This document shows, one piece after another, positions 19,866 through 29,301 of a stretch of DNA of 64,000 bases. Position numbers and translations under genes: made by a program. Each line of letters begins with the position of its first letter. Position 1 is the first letter of the stretch. Source of the stretch: Enterobacteria phage Ac3; sequence record OK040907, one strand, 5' to 3'. The notes beneath the pieces were generated by a model. The model saw only the letters and a program-made list of their open reading frames with translations. It did no database searches and was not told the DNA's origin.

Positions 19866-20393
19866 TTATGCGAGTACCGTCTTTAACCGTTCTTCAAACT
19901 TCCGAAGAGTATTCTGGCGTTCAGCTCTTTGCTTTTTGTAAGTTTCAATACGCTCTGAAATGAGATTGTATCGTTCATTTACTGTTTCTTTCATAAAATC
20001 AGGAATTTCACGAGAAGCTTTAATCTCGTCAAATTTATCAATAACAGCTTGCTCTTCAGCAATTAAGTTATCATACATCAAAATATCTTTCTTGATGAAC
20101 TCAATATCTTCTTGAGTTACACGAGATAACTTAGATGCTTTATCCTTTTTGTACTGTTCGTTAGTATCACGAGACCAGTGTAATGTACGATTTTTATTCG
20201 TATTCTTGTAAATTTCTACAATACCAATCTCATCGATAATAACGATCCAATTCCAACGGGATTTGTAAATTTGTCCTCCATCAACAGTGATTTCACCACC
20301 GATTGAGACATCATTAAAGAACTTGCTTTGAGCTTCAGATTTAAATTTACCATCATTGTAGTTTACCAAGTTGAAAATATCTTTAGCATTCAT
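19866..20393 (-). CDS. hypothetical protein
   Basis: 175-aa ORF downstream of an early promoter. Confidence 0.5.
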   Translation of the reverse strand: MNAKDIFNLVNYNDGKFKSEAQSKFFNDVSIGGEITVDGGQIYKSRWNWIVIIDEIGIVEIYKNTNKNRTLHWSRDTNEQYKKDKASKLSRVTQEDIEFIKKDILMYDNLIAEEQAVIDKFDEIKASREIPDFMKETVNERYNLISERIETYKKQRAERQNTLRKFEERLKTVLA

Positions 20394-20419
20394 TTTCTGT
20401 TCCTCCGTAGTTGATAGTT

Positions 20420-20452
20420 GTATAGTATCACAGAGGAACAGTCTTGTAAACC
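20420..20452 (-). promoter_or_regulatory. T4-type early promoter
   Basis: minus-strand GTTTACA, spacer, TGTGATACTATACAACTATCAACTA module. Confidence 0.45.
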
Positions 20453-20453
20453 A

Positions 20454-20768
20454 CTAAAAGAAACTTCTTTCACAATTTTTTCCACTGAACCACGCGCTCA
20501 CTGCTTTCTTAGTCTCAGGAGCAGTGTTATCCATAAACCATTCAAAGGCAGCCTTTTTATGATTCTGGAGGGCTTCTCGGGCTTTAATCTGCTCACGGTC
20601 TATTAACACTAACATATGAGCCTTTCTTGTCACCAGGGGCTTCTTATGATTTTTTGAATATTCCCAATCATTTGTCCATCGCATTGTTGTTGCGAACTGA
20701 AATACTGCTTCTTTAATTTTAGTTTCATAAATTTCACGAGCCTTTGAGTATAACATCATTACCTCCAT
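20454..20768 (-). CDS. hypothetical protein
   Basis: 104-aa ORF. Confidence 0.5.
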   Translation of the reverse strand: MEVMMLYSKAREIYETKIKEAVFQFATTMRWTNDWEYSKNHKKPLVTRKAHMLVLIDREQIKAREALQNHKKAAFEWFMDNTAPETKKAVSAWFSGKNCERSFF

Positions 20769-20838
20769 TTACCAGTTTAATTCTAGTCATCTTTTTGATG
20801 GCAGTCCATATAATCTATTTCTGAACTGCCTTTTTGTC

Positions 20839-21558
20839 TTAGGATTCTTCTAAATGTCTTTTCTGAAAAGTTGATACCATACTACGATACGGTTCATTTG
20901 GATATCCGTGTTTTATAGCTTCCTTTGTAAATTTTCTCCATCCATATTTAGTTTCTTTCCAAAGCTCGAATAATTCATCTTCATATTGCCATATAGTTAA
21001 ATGAGAACGCTTTGCAGCTTTAATTCCATTAATATGCTTTTCTTTTACTACAGGATTGCTTAGTTTCTTTTTAATAATATTACTAACTTTTCTAACAAAA
21101 ACTGGGTCCTTATATCGTTGCGAAGTTTTTATTGAAGTGTTTAATTTAGCTTCCGGCGTGGATGTGACCTCTTTCATCTTTTTCTTCATATGCTGTATAT
21201 GATTAGGATTTTTCCATAAATTTATAGAATGCTTTTTGCATTTTATCCTAGTTTCATCTGCAACCTTTCCTCCTTCACCCCCGTATGACAGGTTAACACA
21301 GTTTTTTCCATATTTCAATTTACCTGCCATGATATATAATATTTCAGCTTGTACCATTTTATCATAATTATCAAAAACTTCTAAAACCGTTTTTGATAAT
21401 ATGTGGTCATTTGACACTTTTACACGTTCTATATAATTTCCACTACCAACATACGAATCATTGATGTTATTAGTTATATGTCGACCATAATAGTATTTCT
21501 TAATACCTGTCTTTAAATTTAATATTTCAGTTTTATAGATAGTAAAATATTTTTTCAT
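20839..21558 (-). CDS. GIY-YIG family homing endonuclease (Seg-like)
   Basis: N-terminal IYKTEILNLKTGIKKYYYG GIY-YIG-like motif with downstream R and E; basic C-terminal half. Confidence 0.5.
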   Translation of the reverse strand: MKKYFTIYKTEILNLKTGIKKYYYGRHITNNINDSYVGSGNYIERVKVSNDHILSKTVLEVFDNYDKMVQAEILYIMAGKLKYGKNCVNLSYGGEGGKVADETRIKCKKHSINLWKNPNHIQHMKKKMKEVTSTPEAKLNTSIKTSQRYKDPVFVRKVSNIIKKKLSNPVVKEKHINGIKAAKRSHLTIWQYEDELFELWKETKYGWRKFTKEAIKHGYPNEPYRSMVSTFQKRHLEES

Positions 21559-22523
21559 TTTAATAATACCGTTTCAGCGATTTCTTCCCAACCGTTTTTG
21601 TCGGTCATAATAAAGTCAGCAAGATAAAGTGCAGTACGCAGTGAAACATTACGTAAACGATTAACATTGACTTTCATCCATGATAATGCTTTATAAGTTT
21701 CTTCATCAGAAAGACCGCGCTTTTGCATCATGTCGGTTGAAAGAATAACATCTTCAACCCTGACCATAATTTCTTCATTAGTGTGAACACCCAAATCCAA
21801 ATAAACTGAGCGGGACACTAATGCTTGTAAATGTGGAGCAAGTTTAGTACCACGGTCTAATTCGCGGTCAATGTCAACGTTTGTGATAAAAACAATCGTT
21901 CCTTTAAATTCAAACTCACGCTCAATGCCTTTTTCTTCTAAGTAAGAAGATGCGGTGCTCCAGCAGACTTTACGGGTCTCTCCAGTGTCCAGAGCAGCTT
22001 TCAGAAGATTAAGAATGTCCATATCAGAGAAAACATCCACATCATCAATCAAAAGGACAGAATTCTCTTCACGATTATTCCAAAGCTGTTCATAAAGACC
22101 AATACCAGAGATTTTACCATTAATGCTTTTATACTCAATGTATCCAATATCATTTGCTTTATTTAAAGCTTTATCTAAAGAATACGTTTTACCAATACCT
22201 GCTGCTCCCGAGATAATTAATGAACGAATGTTTCCGTTAATAATACCATTCGTCATCATTCCCATAACATTAAATCTTTTATTAATGCGGGTTTTCATAT
22301 CTTCATACGATTCTTTAACTTCTTCAACTTTTACACCATCATATGAAATGTCTGATTTGTAAACCCAAACACCGCGACGCTTACCGTCAATTTCAACAAA
22401 AACTTTACCATCTCCTTGTGCATCTACCGGAGCATTATCTGGGAACCATTCGCCTAAGAGCTCAAAAGTTCCAGAGATTTCTTTACCGAAGTAGATACCC
22501 TTATTGATAGTTACAGTTTTCAT
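21555..22523 (-). CDS. P-loop NTPase (AAA-like ATPase)
   Basis: Walker A GAAGIGKT, Walker B LLIDDVD; ATG 22523 preceded by GGAGAA SD and lying downstream of the promoter; ORF track extends to 22589. Confidence 0.6.
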   Translation of the reverse strand: MKTVTINKGIYFGKEISGTFELLGEWFPDNAPVDAQGDGKVFVEIDGKRRGVWVYKSDISYDGVKVEEVKESYEDMKTRINKRFNVMGMMTNGIINGNIRSLIISGAAGIGKTYSLDKALNKANDIGYIEYKSINGKISGIGLYEQLWNNREENSVLLIDDVDVFSDMDILNLLKAALDTGETRKVCWSTASSYLEEKGIEREFEFKGTIVFITNVDIDRELDRGTKLAPHLQALVSRSVYLDLGVHTNEEIMVRVEDVILSTDMMQKRGLSDEETYKALSWMKVNVNRLRNVSLRTALYLADFIMTDKNGWEEIAETVLLK

Positions 22524-22555
22524 TTTATTCTCCAAATCTGTATCAGTTGATAGTT

Positions 22556-22588
22556 GTATAGTACCATAAAGCTTTATGCTTGTAAACA
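22556..22588 (-). promoter_or_regulatory. T4-type early promoter
   Basis: minus-strand TTTCACAAAGTTGTTTACA (-35) and TACTATACAACTATCAACTGA (-10 region). Confidence 0.5.
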
Positions 22589-22616
22589 ACTTTGTGAAAA
22601 ATTTTTGAAATAAAAA

Positions 22617-22634
22617 AGGGAGCCCGAAGGCTCC
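22617..22634 (-). terminator. rho-independent terminator
   Basis: hairpin GGGAGCCTTCGGGCTCCC followed by TTTTT on minus strand, just after the NTase stop. Confidence 0.55.
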
Positions 22635-22637
22635 CTA

Positions 22638-23648
22638 TTACTTATAGTAGGAGCGGTGGTTCTCCAGGTAAACTTTTTCCAGAAAGTCATCCCAGAAACC
22701 CATGTCAACCTTTTGCTGCATGCCATTCTTGGATGCTTCCGTGCTCGCAGCCTCCACCTGATCAACTACGTCCTCGAGGAATTCCTGCACGGTTTTGAAC
22801 GGGTGCTTGCCCAGTTTGACATCCAGGATAAACGGCGCATCCTGCAGTGGGTAGATCAGGTCGCCGGTTTTGTAAATTTCCAGGAGCTGCAGGCCACCGC
22901 GGCATGCATGGGACAGAGCTTTCCAGTCGATGCCTTCGTTTGCCTCTGCTTTGCGGGCGCGTTCGCCGTATTCAGCATCCAGTTTATTCAGGGATTGTTT
23001 CAGTTCGATCAGGCTCAGGGTAGTCTGATATTTACGACCCAGCACCGTATAGAAAGTTTGCGGGCCGGTTTTTTCGTGGTTGTGAAACACCCATTCACAG
23101 AATTCGTTTTCCGGCAGGCGGTGTTTGATATCTTCGATTTTGGTACGGCGTTGACCCTGAGTGCCGTCTTCGCGATAAACGTTGCGCTGGTCCGGGATCT
23201 GATTCACGACTTTCAGGACGTCGCGCAGAGCGGCCAGACGGGAGCCCTTAACACCATATTTAGAGGCTTGTTTGCGTACATAGCCCAGGTAAGATTTCAT
23301 ATTGGTAGTGTAGAAGCGGCTGCGGTTGTCCTGAATGAATTTCCAAACGTCAGGCAGATCGCTCTTAACCACCAGTTCTGGCGGCGTATGCAGCATGTCG
23401 AGTGCCACGGTCTCACCGTCCGCAGCCAGTTTGAAAAAATACTTGAGGCTATACAGTTCGTGGTCGATGTCATCTTTGGTATTCTTGCTAGAGGTATTGT
23501 TGGTGTTTTTAGACATGTGTTCTTTCACGTTGCCGATCAGAATGTCACGTGCCGGTGGCACGAAGATCTCTTTGAAGTCGACATCGCTTTCCGGGGTGGA
23601 AGTGCCGTACAGGTGGCTGCCAAAGTAGGATTTCATCACAGTCTTCAT
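22638..23648 (-). CDS. Pol-beta-superfamily nucleotidyltransferase
   Basis: 336 aa; N-terminal GSHLYGTSTPESDVDF (GS...DxD NTase motif) with later acidic residues and helical C-terminal region; E. coli-optimal codons; start overlaps upstream stop (TAATG). Confidence 0.65.
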   Translation of the reverse strand: MKTVMKSYFGSHLYGTSTPESDVDFKEIFVPPARDILIGNVKEHMSKNTNNTSSKNTKDDIDHELYSLKYFFKLAADGETVALDMLHTPPELVVKSDLPDVWKFIQDNRSRFYTTNMKSYLGYVRKQASKYGVKGSRLAALRDVLKVVNQIPDQRNVYREDGTQGQRRTKIEDIKHRLPENEFCEWVFHNHEKTGPQTFYTVLGRKYQTTLSLIELKQSLNKLDAEYGERARKAEANEGIDWKALSHACRGGLQLLEIYKTGDLIYPLQDAPFILDVKLGKHPFKTVQEFLEDVVDQVEAASTEASKNGMQQKVDMGFWDDFLEKVYLENHRSYYK

Positions 23649-24109
23649 TATTCAGCTTTGTATTCGATCACCGGACACACTTTCGCTTTGCGCGCTTTCA
23701 GGAACTCAACAATGATAGATTTCTTCGGTTGGATTGGCGGCAGGCCTTTGTAAGCGCGATCGATGTTTTCAACGTGCAGCGCGTAATCTTTCTTCCATTT
23801 GTAGTCTTTGTATTTCTCACGCAGGTGCGCCGGAATCACGAAGGAGCCGATAATCAGGAGAACCACCAGGAGTGCCAGAATGAACGCGGATGGCAGGAGG
23901 GTCCACAGGCTACCGAAGATCAGCCAGCGCTGCAGGGATTCAGCACAGATAATAGTCAGACCAACCAGGATGGCACAACCGAAGATGGAAACGAAAAACG
24001 TCGGGATGGCGATAGACCAGAAGTACGCGCACAGGGTTTTAGGGCGCTGCCACTCGTCGTTAAACAGTTTGAACAGCTTATAGTGCCAAGAGTTTTCATT
24101 AATGATCAT
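23648..24109 (-). CDS. small membrane protein coupled to the NTase
   Basis: 153 aa, 2-3 hydrophobic helices then basic tail; AAGGA SD; E. coli-optimal codons. Confidence 0.6.
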   Translation of the reverse strand: MIINENSWHYKLFKLFNDEWQRPKTLCAYFWSIAIPTFFVSIFGCAILVGLTIICAESLQRWLIFGSLWTLLPSAFILALLVVLLIIGSFVIPAHLREKYKDYKWKKDYALHVENIDRAYKGLPPIQPKKSIIVEFLKARKAKVCPVIEYKAE

Positions 24110-24111
24110 AA

Positions 24112-24633
24112 TTATCCTTTCATTGAAGGCGTAACGGTTGTTAAATACTTAATCATAGCTTCAGCTTCTGATTTTGATAATGAAATTTCTCCATTGCTTT
24201 GACGAATAGAAATAAAATCCGGATGACGGTCACCACCAGCTTTTAAAACACACATATAAGTATCAACTTCGCCTTCAATATTTGAAATGATTGAAGCAGT
24301 TCCACATGAATGCGGTTTTTGATAAATCAATACAGCTTTTCTTCCACCATTTGACTGTTCATAGGCTTTTAATACATCAAACAAATCAGTTCTTTTATCA
24401 ATAGCTAAAATGTTATTTTCATCTTCAATGTTAAATCCTTCGGATACTTCATAAAGCGTTACCCATAAATCACCGATGTCAATAACAGCATTTACTTTTC
24501 CACAGCTTTCAAGAGTATGACAAATTTTCTTGATTTCGTCATAACTCATTTTAATAATATCATCTCCTTGGCTAAGAAAGATGTCATTTTTAAATTCAAC
24601 ACGAATTAAACCACTTCCACTTGAAATAAACAT
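24112..24633 (-). CDS. hypothetical protein (paralog of 24640..25185)
   Basis: 173 aa; shares GFNIE...and C-terminal ...EA.A(M/L)K.YL..V.P(S/T)M tail with neighbour. Confidence 0.55.
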   Translation of the reverse strand: MFISSGSGLIRVEFKNDIFLSQGDDIIKMSYDEIKKICHTLESCGKVNAVIDIGDLWVTLYEVSEGFNIEDENNILAIDKRTDLFDVLKAYEQSNGGRKAVLIYQKPHSCGTASIISNIEGEVDTYMCVLKAGGDRHPDFISIRQSNGEISLSKSEAEAMIKYLTTVTPSMKG

Positions 24634-24639
24634 ATTTCC

Positions 24640-25185
24640 TCACTTTGAAATCATAGTTGGAATAACAGAATCAAGATAAGTCTTTAGTGCAATAGCTTCG
24701 TCTTTGGTAAATGTAATGATATGTGATCGAAAATCGTCAATTTGACGAATAGATACTACATCTCCCTCTTCATAGCATTTTGACACATTTAAAATAGTTT
24801 CATCATTCTGATTGCAAGCGTTAGTAATAATAGCATTGCAATTTTTAAACCATTTTAAACTATGTTTTCTTTCATTAGAATAATAAAAATATTTAATCTT
24901 ATCTATAAAACTATCCCAATGGATAACTGATAAGCATATTGACTCGCTTTCAATATTAAATCCTGGGCATGAAGAATAAAAATGAATTTTATGCTCATCA
25001 TTAATGCTTACAATTTTATCAGTATAAGGATTTTCAATTTTGGTTAAATGAATGATTTCACTAGGCGTAAAATACAGCATATCGTCTTCTTGTGTCAAAC
25101 GATACATATTATTTACTTTTTCTATAGCCAATTCACCAAAAAGTGAACTAACTTCTAATACTAATCGTTTCGCCTCGCTCATCAT
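24640..25185 (-). CDS. hypothetical protein (paralog of 24112..24633)
   Basis: 181 aa. Confidence 0.55.
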   Translation of the reverse strand: MMSEAKRLVLEVSSLFGELAIEKVNNMYRLTQEDDMLYFTPSEIIHLTKIENPYTDKIVSINDEHKIHFYSSCPGFNIESESICLSVIHWDSFIDKIKYFYYSNERKHSLKWFKNCNAIITNACNQNDETILNVSKCYEEGDVVSIRQIDDFRSHIITFTKDEAIALKTYLDSVIPTMISK

Positions 25186-25512
25186 TACATACTCCTTTGA
25201 ACCATATCAATAATGTTATTCACCAGATTATAAGTAAACATTGGGTAATTATATTGAATCATCACATACACAACAAACAAAACTTTCATTCTCTTCTCCT
25301 TGGCAGTTGACAAGATTACTATACCATAACCTTGCCAACTTGTAAACCATTAAATGGCGTTTTCAATAAAATTCTGAAGCTTTGTGTGAGCATCAACCAT
25401 GATTTTCATTTCTTCTTTGGCGAAAGCTGTACCTCTTTCCCGAGAAGAACATTCATAGTCAGAAACTGCATTAGCATATTCTTCGATTAGTTTCATTAAA
25501 AACATCTGTTTT

Positions 25513-25707
25513 TCAGTTTTCATTATTCCACCTAATCATTTCAAGATATTGAACTAACTTAGCTTTAGATTTATCCAAATCCTTTTTAGCTGCTTCTATA
25601 CCGTCGTATGAATATCCTTCACAATGCTCAACTGCTAATTGATATGAATCTATTTCAATATCACGTGCTAATTTAATGATTTTTTCAAACTGTTCGCGTG
25701 TTAGCAT
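25513..25707 (-). CDS. hypothetical protein
   Basis: 64-aa ORF. Confidence 0.45.
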   Translation of the reverse strand: MLTREQFEKIIKLARDIEIDSYQLAVEHCEGYSYDGIEAAKKDLDKSKAKLVQYLEMIRWNNEN

Positions 25708-25709
25708 AC

Positions 25710-25949
25710 TTACACTCTCGTATTATGATCGATAATTTCATCAAGAAACATATCTAACGCTTCTATAGCATTATCCACTTTAGTTTCAAAGTCTTTAATG
25801 CCTTTATTCGAAATACCCGATGAATACCAAGCAAAGTCAATCAGCTCTTCATCTGCTTTACGAATTGAAGCCACTAATTCCTTGATTTTATCTGCTTGCT
25901 CTATACTAATCATTATTCCACCACATATGACAGAGAGAATATTGCACAC
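25710..25949 (-). CDS. hypothetical protein
   Basis: 79-aa ORF. Confidence 0.45.
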
Positions 25950-26146
25950 GCCATGTGAGTTGCAACTTCATCACACATATTATAACGTTTCTTAAGAAGT
26001 TCTACAAGTTCTTCACTAGTAACTTCATCCATGTCGACGAAAAAATCACCATTAATGATGACGTAGATATTTCCTTCTTGATTGAGTGCTTCAATTTTCA
26101 TGATGTTCTCCTCTTTATCTGATAGTTGTATAGTATCACAGCTCAA
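25913..26146 (-). CDS. hypothetical protein
   Basis: 77-aa ORF downstream of an early promoter. Confidence 0.45.
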
Positions 26147-26160
26147 ACGGAAAGTAAACC
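26128..26160 (-). promoter_or_regulatory. T4-type early promoter
   Basis: minus-strand GTTTAC -35 and TGTGATACTATACAACTATCAGA -10 module. Confidence 0.45.
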
Positions 26161-26168
26161 GGTAAAAT

Positions 26169-26192
26169 GAAAAAAGTCTCCCGAAGGAGACT
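26169..26192 (-). terminator. rho-independent terminator
   Basis: hairpin AGTCTCCTTCGGGAGACT followed by TTTTTT on minus strand. Confidence 0.5.
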
Positions 26193-26196
26193 AATG

Positions 26197-26583
26197 TTAT
26201 TCGAGGGAAAGAAGATACTTACTCTGGTAAAACATTCCAGTAATATCATCTATCGTGCTTTGAATGGCTGGAGGCATTTCTTTATAAATGCTGTTAGATT
26301 GGTCTAGTATGCGATCAATCATTTTAATTGTGTCGGTAGGAAGTTTACTGGCATCTGGAATTGAAGGTGTGTATTTTCTACCAGAATACCCCAAATATTG
26401 CTCACCAAATTTATCAATCAAATCTGGCAACTCGGAGAAAATAAAATCGTATGCTTTGTGTCTAGCATAACTTTTAGTTTCAAAATGTGCAGAATGAAAA
26501 TAAGCTTGTGCAGCCATTAATAAACCTAAGTATTCATCTGCCTTTGAAGGTTTTCCACTTTGTGAAAAGTCGCTGAATTTCAT
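26197..26583 (-). CDS. hypothetical protein
   Basis: 128-aa ORF. Confidence 0.5.
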
Positions 26584-26873
26584 TCAGTCTCCAATTTAAT
26601 GTTCATAATTCTAGCGTATGATTGTGCCATCTCCGCGCCTCGTTCTATACATTCAAAATCAGAAGAGCACGGGTCATTTTTATAGGTCGTTCTCATAAAA
26701 CTATAGAACTGTTCAGATGATTCTACGCTTTTATTTTCAAAAAGCATATAAACATGTCTAATACCAGATTCCATAAATTTATCAAAATGAGGATCGACAT
26801 TCGCTTCAATTGGTGGAGATAAAGCAAATGACAATCCTAGCATGGCAAAAAGTGCCGTTGCTTTTAAGGCCAT
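26580..26873 (-). CDS. rI: lysis-inhibition protein RI
   Basis: 97 aa with N-terminal signal/anchor MALKATALFAMLGLSFALSPPIEA; size, sequence and position upstream of tk match T4 RI. Confidence 0.75.
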   Translation of the reverse strand: MALKATALFAMLGLSFALSPPIEANVDPHFDKFMESGIRHVYMLFENKSVESSEQFYSFMRTTYKNDPCSSDFECIERGAEMAQSYARIMNIKLETE

Positions 26874-26885
26874 AAAGGCCTCCTA

Positions 26886-27098
26886 TCATTTTTGTCCTGT
26901 ATTTACTTTATGCCGATGCACGGCCTTAACTTTATCAAGGTATTTTTCAAAATTTCGCAATCTAGTATAGTCTGCCGGAGATTGGTTGAGTGATACTTCT
27001 CGACGCAAAGCTGAAATGATATTTCCAACTTCCCTACGAATTTCATCTAATTGAAGCACAGTAAGATTGCGAAGTTGCTTTTCAGTTAATTGTAGCAT
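26886..27098 (-). CDS. hypothetical protein
   Basis: 70-aa ORF. Confidence 0.5.
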
Positions 27099-27140
27099 AT
27101 ATACCCCTTTAGTTAGATAAACCTATTTATAACTTTTGCA

Positions 27141-27722
27141 CTAACCGAGCTTTTTAGTTAATTCATTCCAATGTTTTCTACACAAAGAAACATAAATTTC
27201 ATCACCAATACAGATTTGATTACCTTCTTTAACTGGTGTTCCATCTTCCATTAATCGAGCTGTCATAATCGCTTTTTTGCCGCAATGACAAACTGCCTTT
27301 AGTTCAATAAGTTTATCTGCAATCGCTAAAAGTTCTTTAGAACCTTCAAACAATTTTCCAGCGAAATCAGTCCTTAATCCATAAGCCATAACAGGAACAT
27401 TATATGTATCAACAATTCGGCTCAATTGATGCACTTGTTCAGTTTTTAAAAACTGAGCTTCATCTACAAATACACAATGAATATCTTTTTGTGCTTCAGC
27501 CCATTTATAGAACTCGAAAATATCCATATCATCTGTAATAATATTCGCTTCCTGTTTAATTCCAATGCGAGAAACAACTTCACAGACAGAATCGCGAGTA
27601 TCAATAGCAGGCTTAAGAACTAATACACTCATTCCACGTTCTTTATAATTATGTGCAGCAGTCAAAAGAGAAGCAGATTTTCCAGCATTCATTGCTGCAT
27701 AAGTAAAAATTAAACTCGCCAT
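27141..27722 (-). CDS. tk: thymidine kinase
   Basis: 193 aa, P-loop AMNAGKS, C-terminal Zn cysteines; matches T4 Tk. Confidence 0.92.
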   Translation of the reverse strand: MASLIFTYAAMNAGKSASLLTAAHNYKERGMSVLVLKPAIDTRDSVCEVVSRIGIKQEANIITDDMDIFEFYKWAEAQKDIHCVFVDEAQFLKTEQVHQLSRIVDTYNVPVMAYGLRTDFAGKLFEGSKELLAIADKLIELKAVCHCGKKAIMTARLMEDGTPVKEGNQICIGDEIYVSLCRKHWNELTKKLG

Positions 27723-27731
27723 ATCACCTTC

Positions 27732-27917
27732 TTAAAGCGTATTCACATAAGCTATTAATTCATTTTCTTTCTTATCAAACCGATCAGCAAATTCTTCCTG
27801 CTGTTCAGGAGATAGCGGGCCGTATTCATCATAAAAGGTGTTTGCTTCTGTATGCTCATCTAGAAGTTCATGGATAAGCTCAAACAATTTATCTTTTTGT
27901 TCTTTACTCAGACTCAT
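27732..27917 (-). CDS. hypothetical acidic protein
   Basis: 61-aa ORF. Confidence 0.5.
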   Translation of the reverse strand: MSLSKEQKDKLFELIHELLDEHTEANTFYDEYGPLSPEQQEEFADRFDKKENELIAYVNTL

Positions 27918-28083
27918 ATATTAATTTCCAGGAGTTTTAAAATAATTCGCTTTTGCTTAAATATTTCCATAGTTAAATGACTAGTATCTTTTTGACCGAT
28001 TCCAATGGCAAAACCTTTATTAACAGCGAGTTCAATTAAATTATCAAGCTCACGTAACACTTCGTATTGTAACTCAAAACTAT

Positions 28084-28514
28084 TTATTTCGGTTTACCTT
28101 CCTTCACGAAGTCTGGGTACGGATAAAAGCCAGAGTAGAAACCTTCGCCTTTGTGGTTGATACAACCTTTGTTGGAACAATAGCACCAGTAATCGAAATC
28201 GCAAGCCATTTCGTCGTTGCACAGGGCGAAAACGACCGGCCATTTACATTTTTCACAGTGCGCGTTTTTCAGGATGGAAGTCTGGGATACCGCCAGGTGA
28301 CTTTCAGGCAGTATTCCTCCACATGCTGTTTGCGACCTTTCTTGTCGATGAAGGTGTATTCAACGAAGGTACCGATGTAATCTTTATCCACGTCGTGCGG
28401 AGAGTTGATCGGGCACTTAGTACGGCAGATGCGTTCCCACTGACGAATGATTACAGCCTTGTTTTTCGGGTCGAACGGGTGTGGATAATGTACTTTTACA
28501 GCAGCGGCTCCCAA
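28084..28514 (-). pseudogene. Cys/His-rich putative zinc-binding domain, disrupted by frameshifts (probably once fused to the upstream macro domain)
   Basis: Coding in E. coli-optimal codons switches frame near 28292-28297 (..KVTW / AVSQTSILKNAHCEKCKW..); its start has no ATG and overlaps the macro gene stop, where re-inserting one G would fuse the frames. Confidence 0.5.
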
Positions 28515-28963
28515 TCAACGATTACGATTTCCAGTTTGGAAGAATAGGTGTCCAGGATACCTTCAATGATGTCCCAGTTGCCTTTACCGATGCCGGCGCC
28601 GATGCGCGGCATGTAGATGGTTGGTTTGATCAGTTTGTTTTCACCGAATTCGTTCAGCTCCAGCATACAATTCATCAGCGCAGAATATTCAAAGTTTGGG
28701 CCCGGCTGGAACTGAGTGTACAGGTTAAAACAGTACGCTTTGTGGGTGCGAAAGTACTTTTCATACACGGAGTAGCTACCCAGTTTAGTCACGTCGCCCC
28801 ATTCGGTCTGCAGCTTGTCAGCTTCCAGGATTTTCGGAAACGCTTTGGTCAGCTGACCGGCTACACCCGCTTTCATGGTATGGAAGCAGTTACAGCCGTG
28901 AGCGATGTTTTTACCTTCGGCAAACAGCGCTACGATATCGCCTTTGATGTATTTGACAATCAT
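28496..28963 (-). CDS. macro domain protein, TARG1/OARD1/DarG-like (putative ADP-ribose hydrolase)
   Basis: 155 aa; KGDIVALF...HGCNCFHTMKAGVAGQL...MPRIGAGIGKGNWD matches TARG1-family macro motifs; E. coli-optimal codons; ATGA overlap with upstream gene. Confidence 0.7.
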   Translation of the reverse strand: MIVKYIKGDIVALFAEGKNIAHGCNCFHTMKAGVAGQLTKAFPKILEADKLQTEWGDVTKLGSYSVYEKYFRTHKAYCFNLYTQFQPGPNFEYSALMNCMLELNEFGENKLIKPTIYMPRIGAGIGKGNWDIIEGILDTYSSKLEIVIVDWEPLL

Positions 28964-29301
28964 CTAGTACTCAATCCTCGATTATAAGAATCTACCAAAC
29001 GGTCAACCATTGAATGACAAGCGGCTTTATCTTTCTCCTCCGCAACTGAACATTCTAAAGTATTCCACTTTTTAGCATATCGTTTTAATAATGTATCGTT
29101 TTTGTATCTGCTTGATTTATCTCTTTCTCCGTCTTTGTATGCATATATTAATTTCTGTGCAAATTCAGCTTGGCATGCTTTATTTTTCCCACAATAATCT
29201 GCCGCAGTGCGGTTTACATACTCTCTAATTTCAGTATATGATGTATCTGCTAACGCAGAAAATGAAATTAATCCTATACATAAAACCAAAATTTTAGTCA
29301 T
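28960..29301 (-). CDS. secreted/periplasmic hypothetical protein
   Basis: 113 aa with signal peptide MTKILVLCIGLISFSALA. Confidence 0.55.
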   Translation of the reverse strand: MTKILVLCIGLISFSALADTSYTEIREYVNRTAADYCGKNKACQAEFAQKLIYAYKDGERDKSSRYKNDTLLKRYAKKWNTLECSVAEEKDKAACHSMVDRLVDSYNRGLSTR

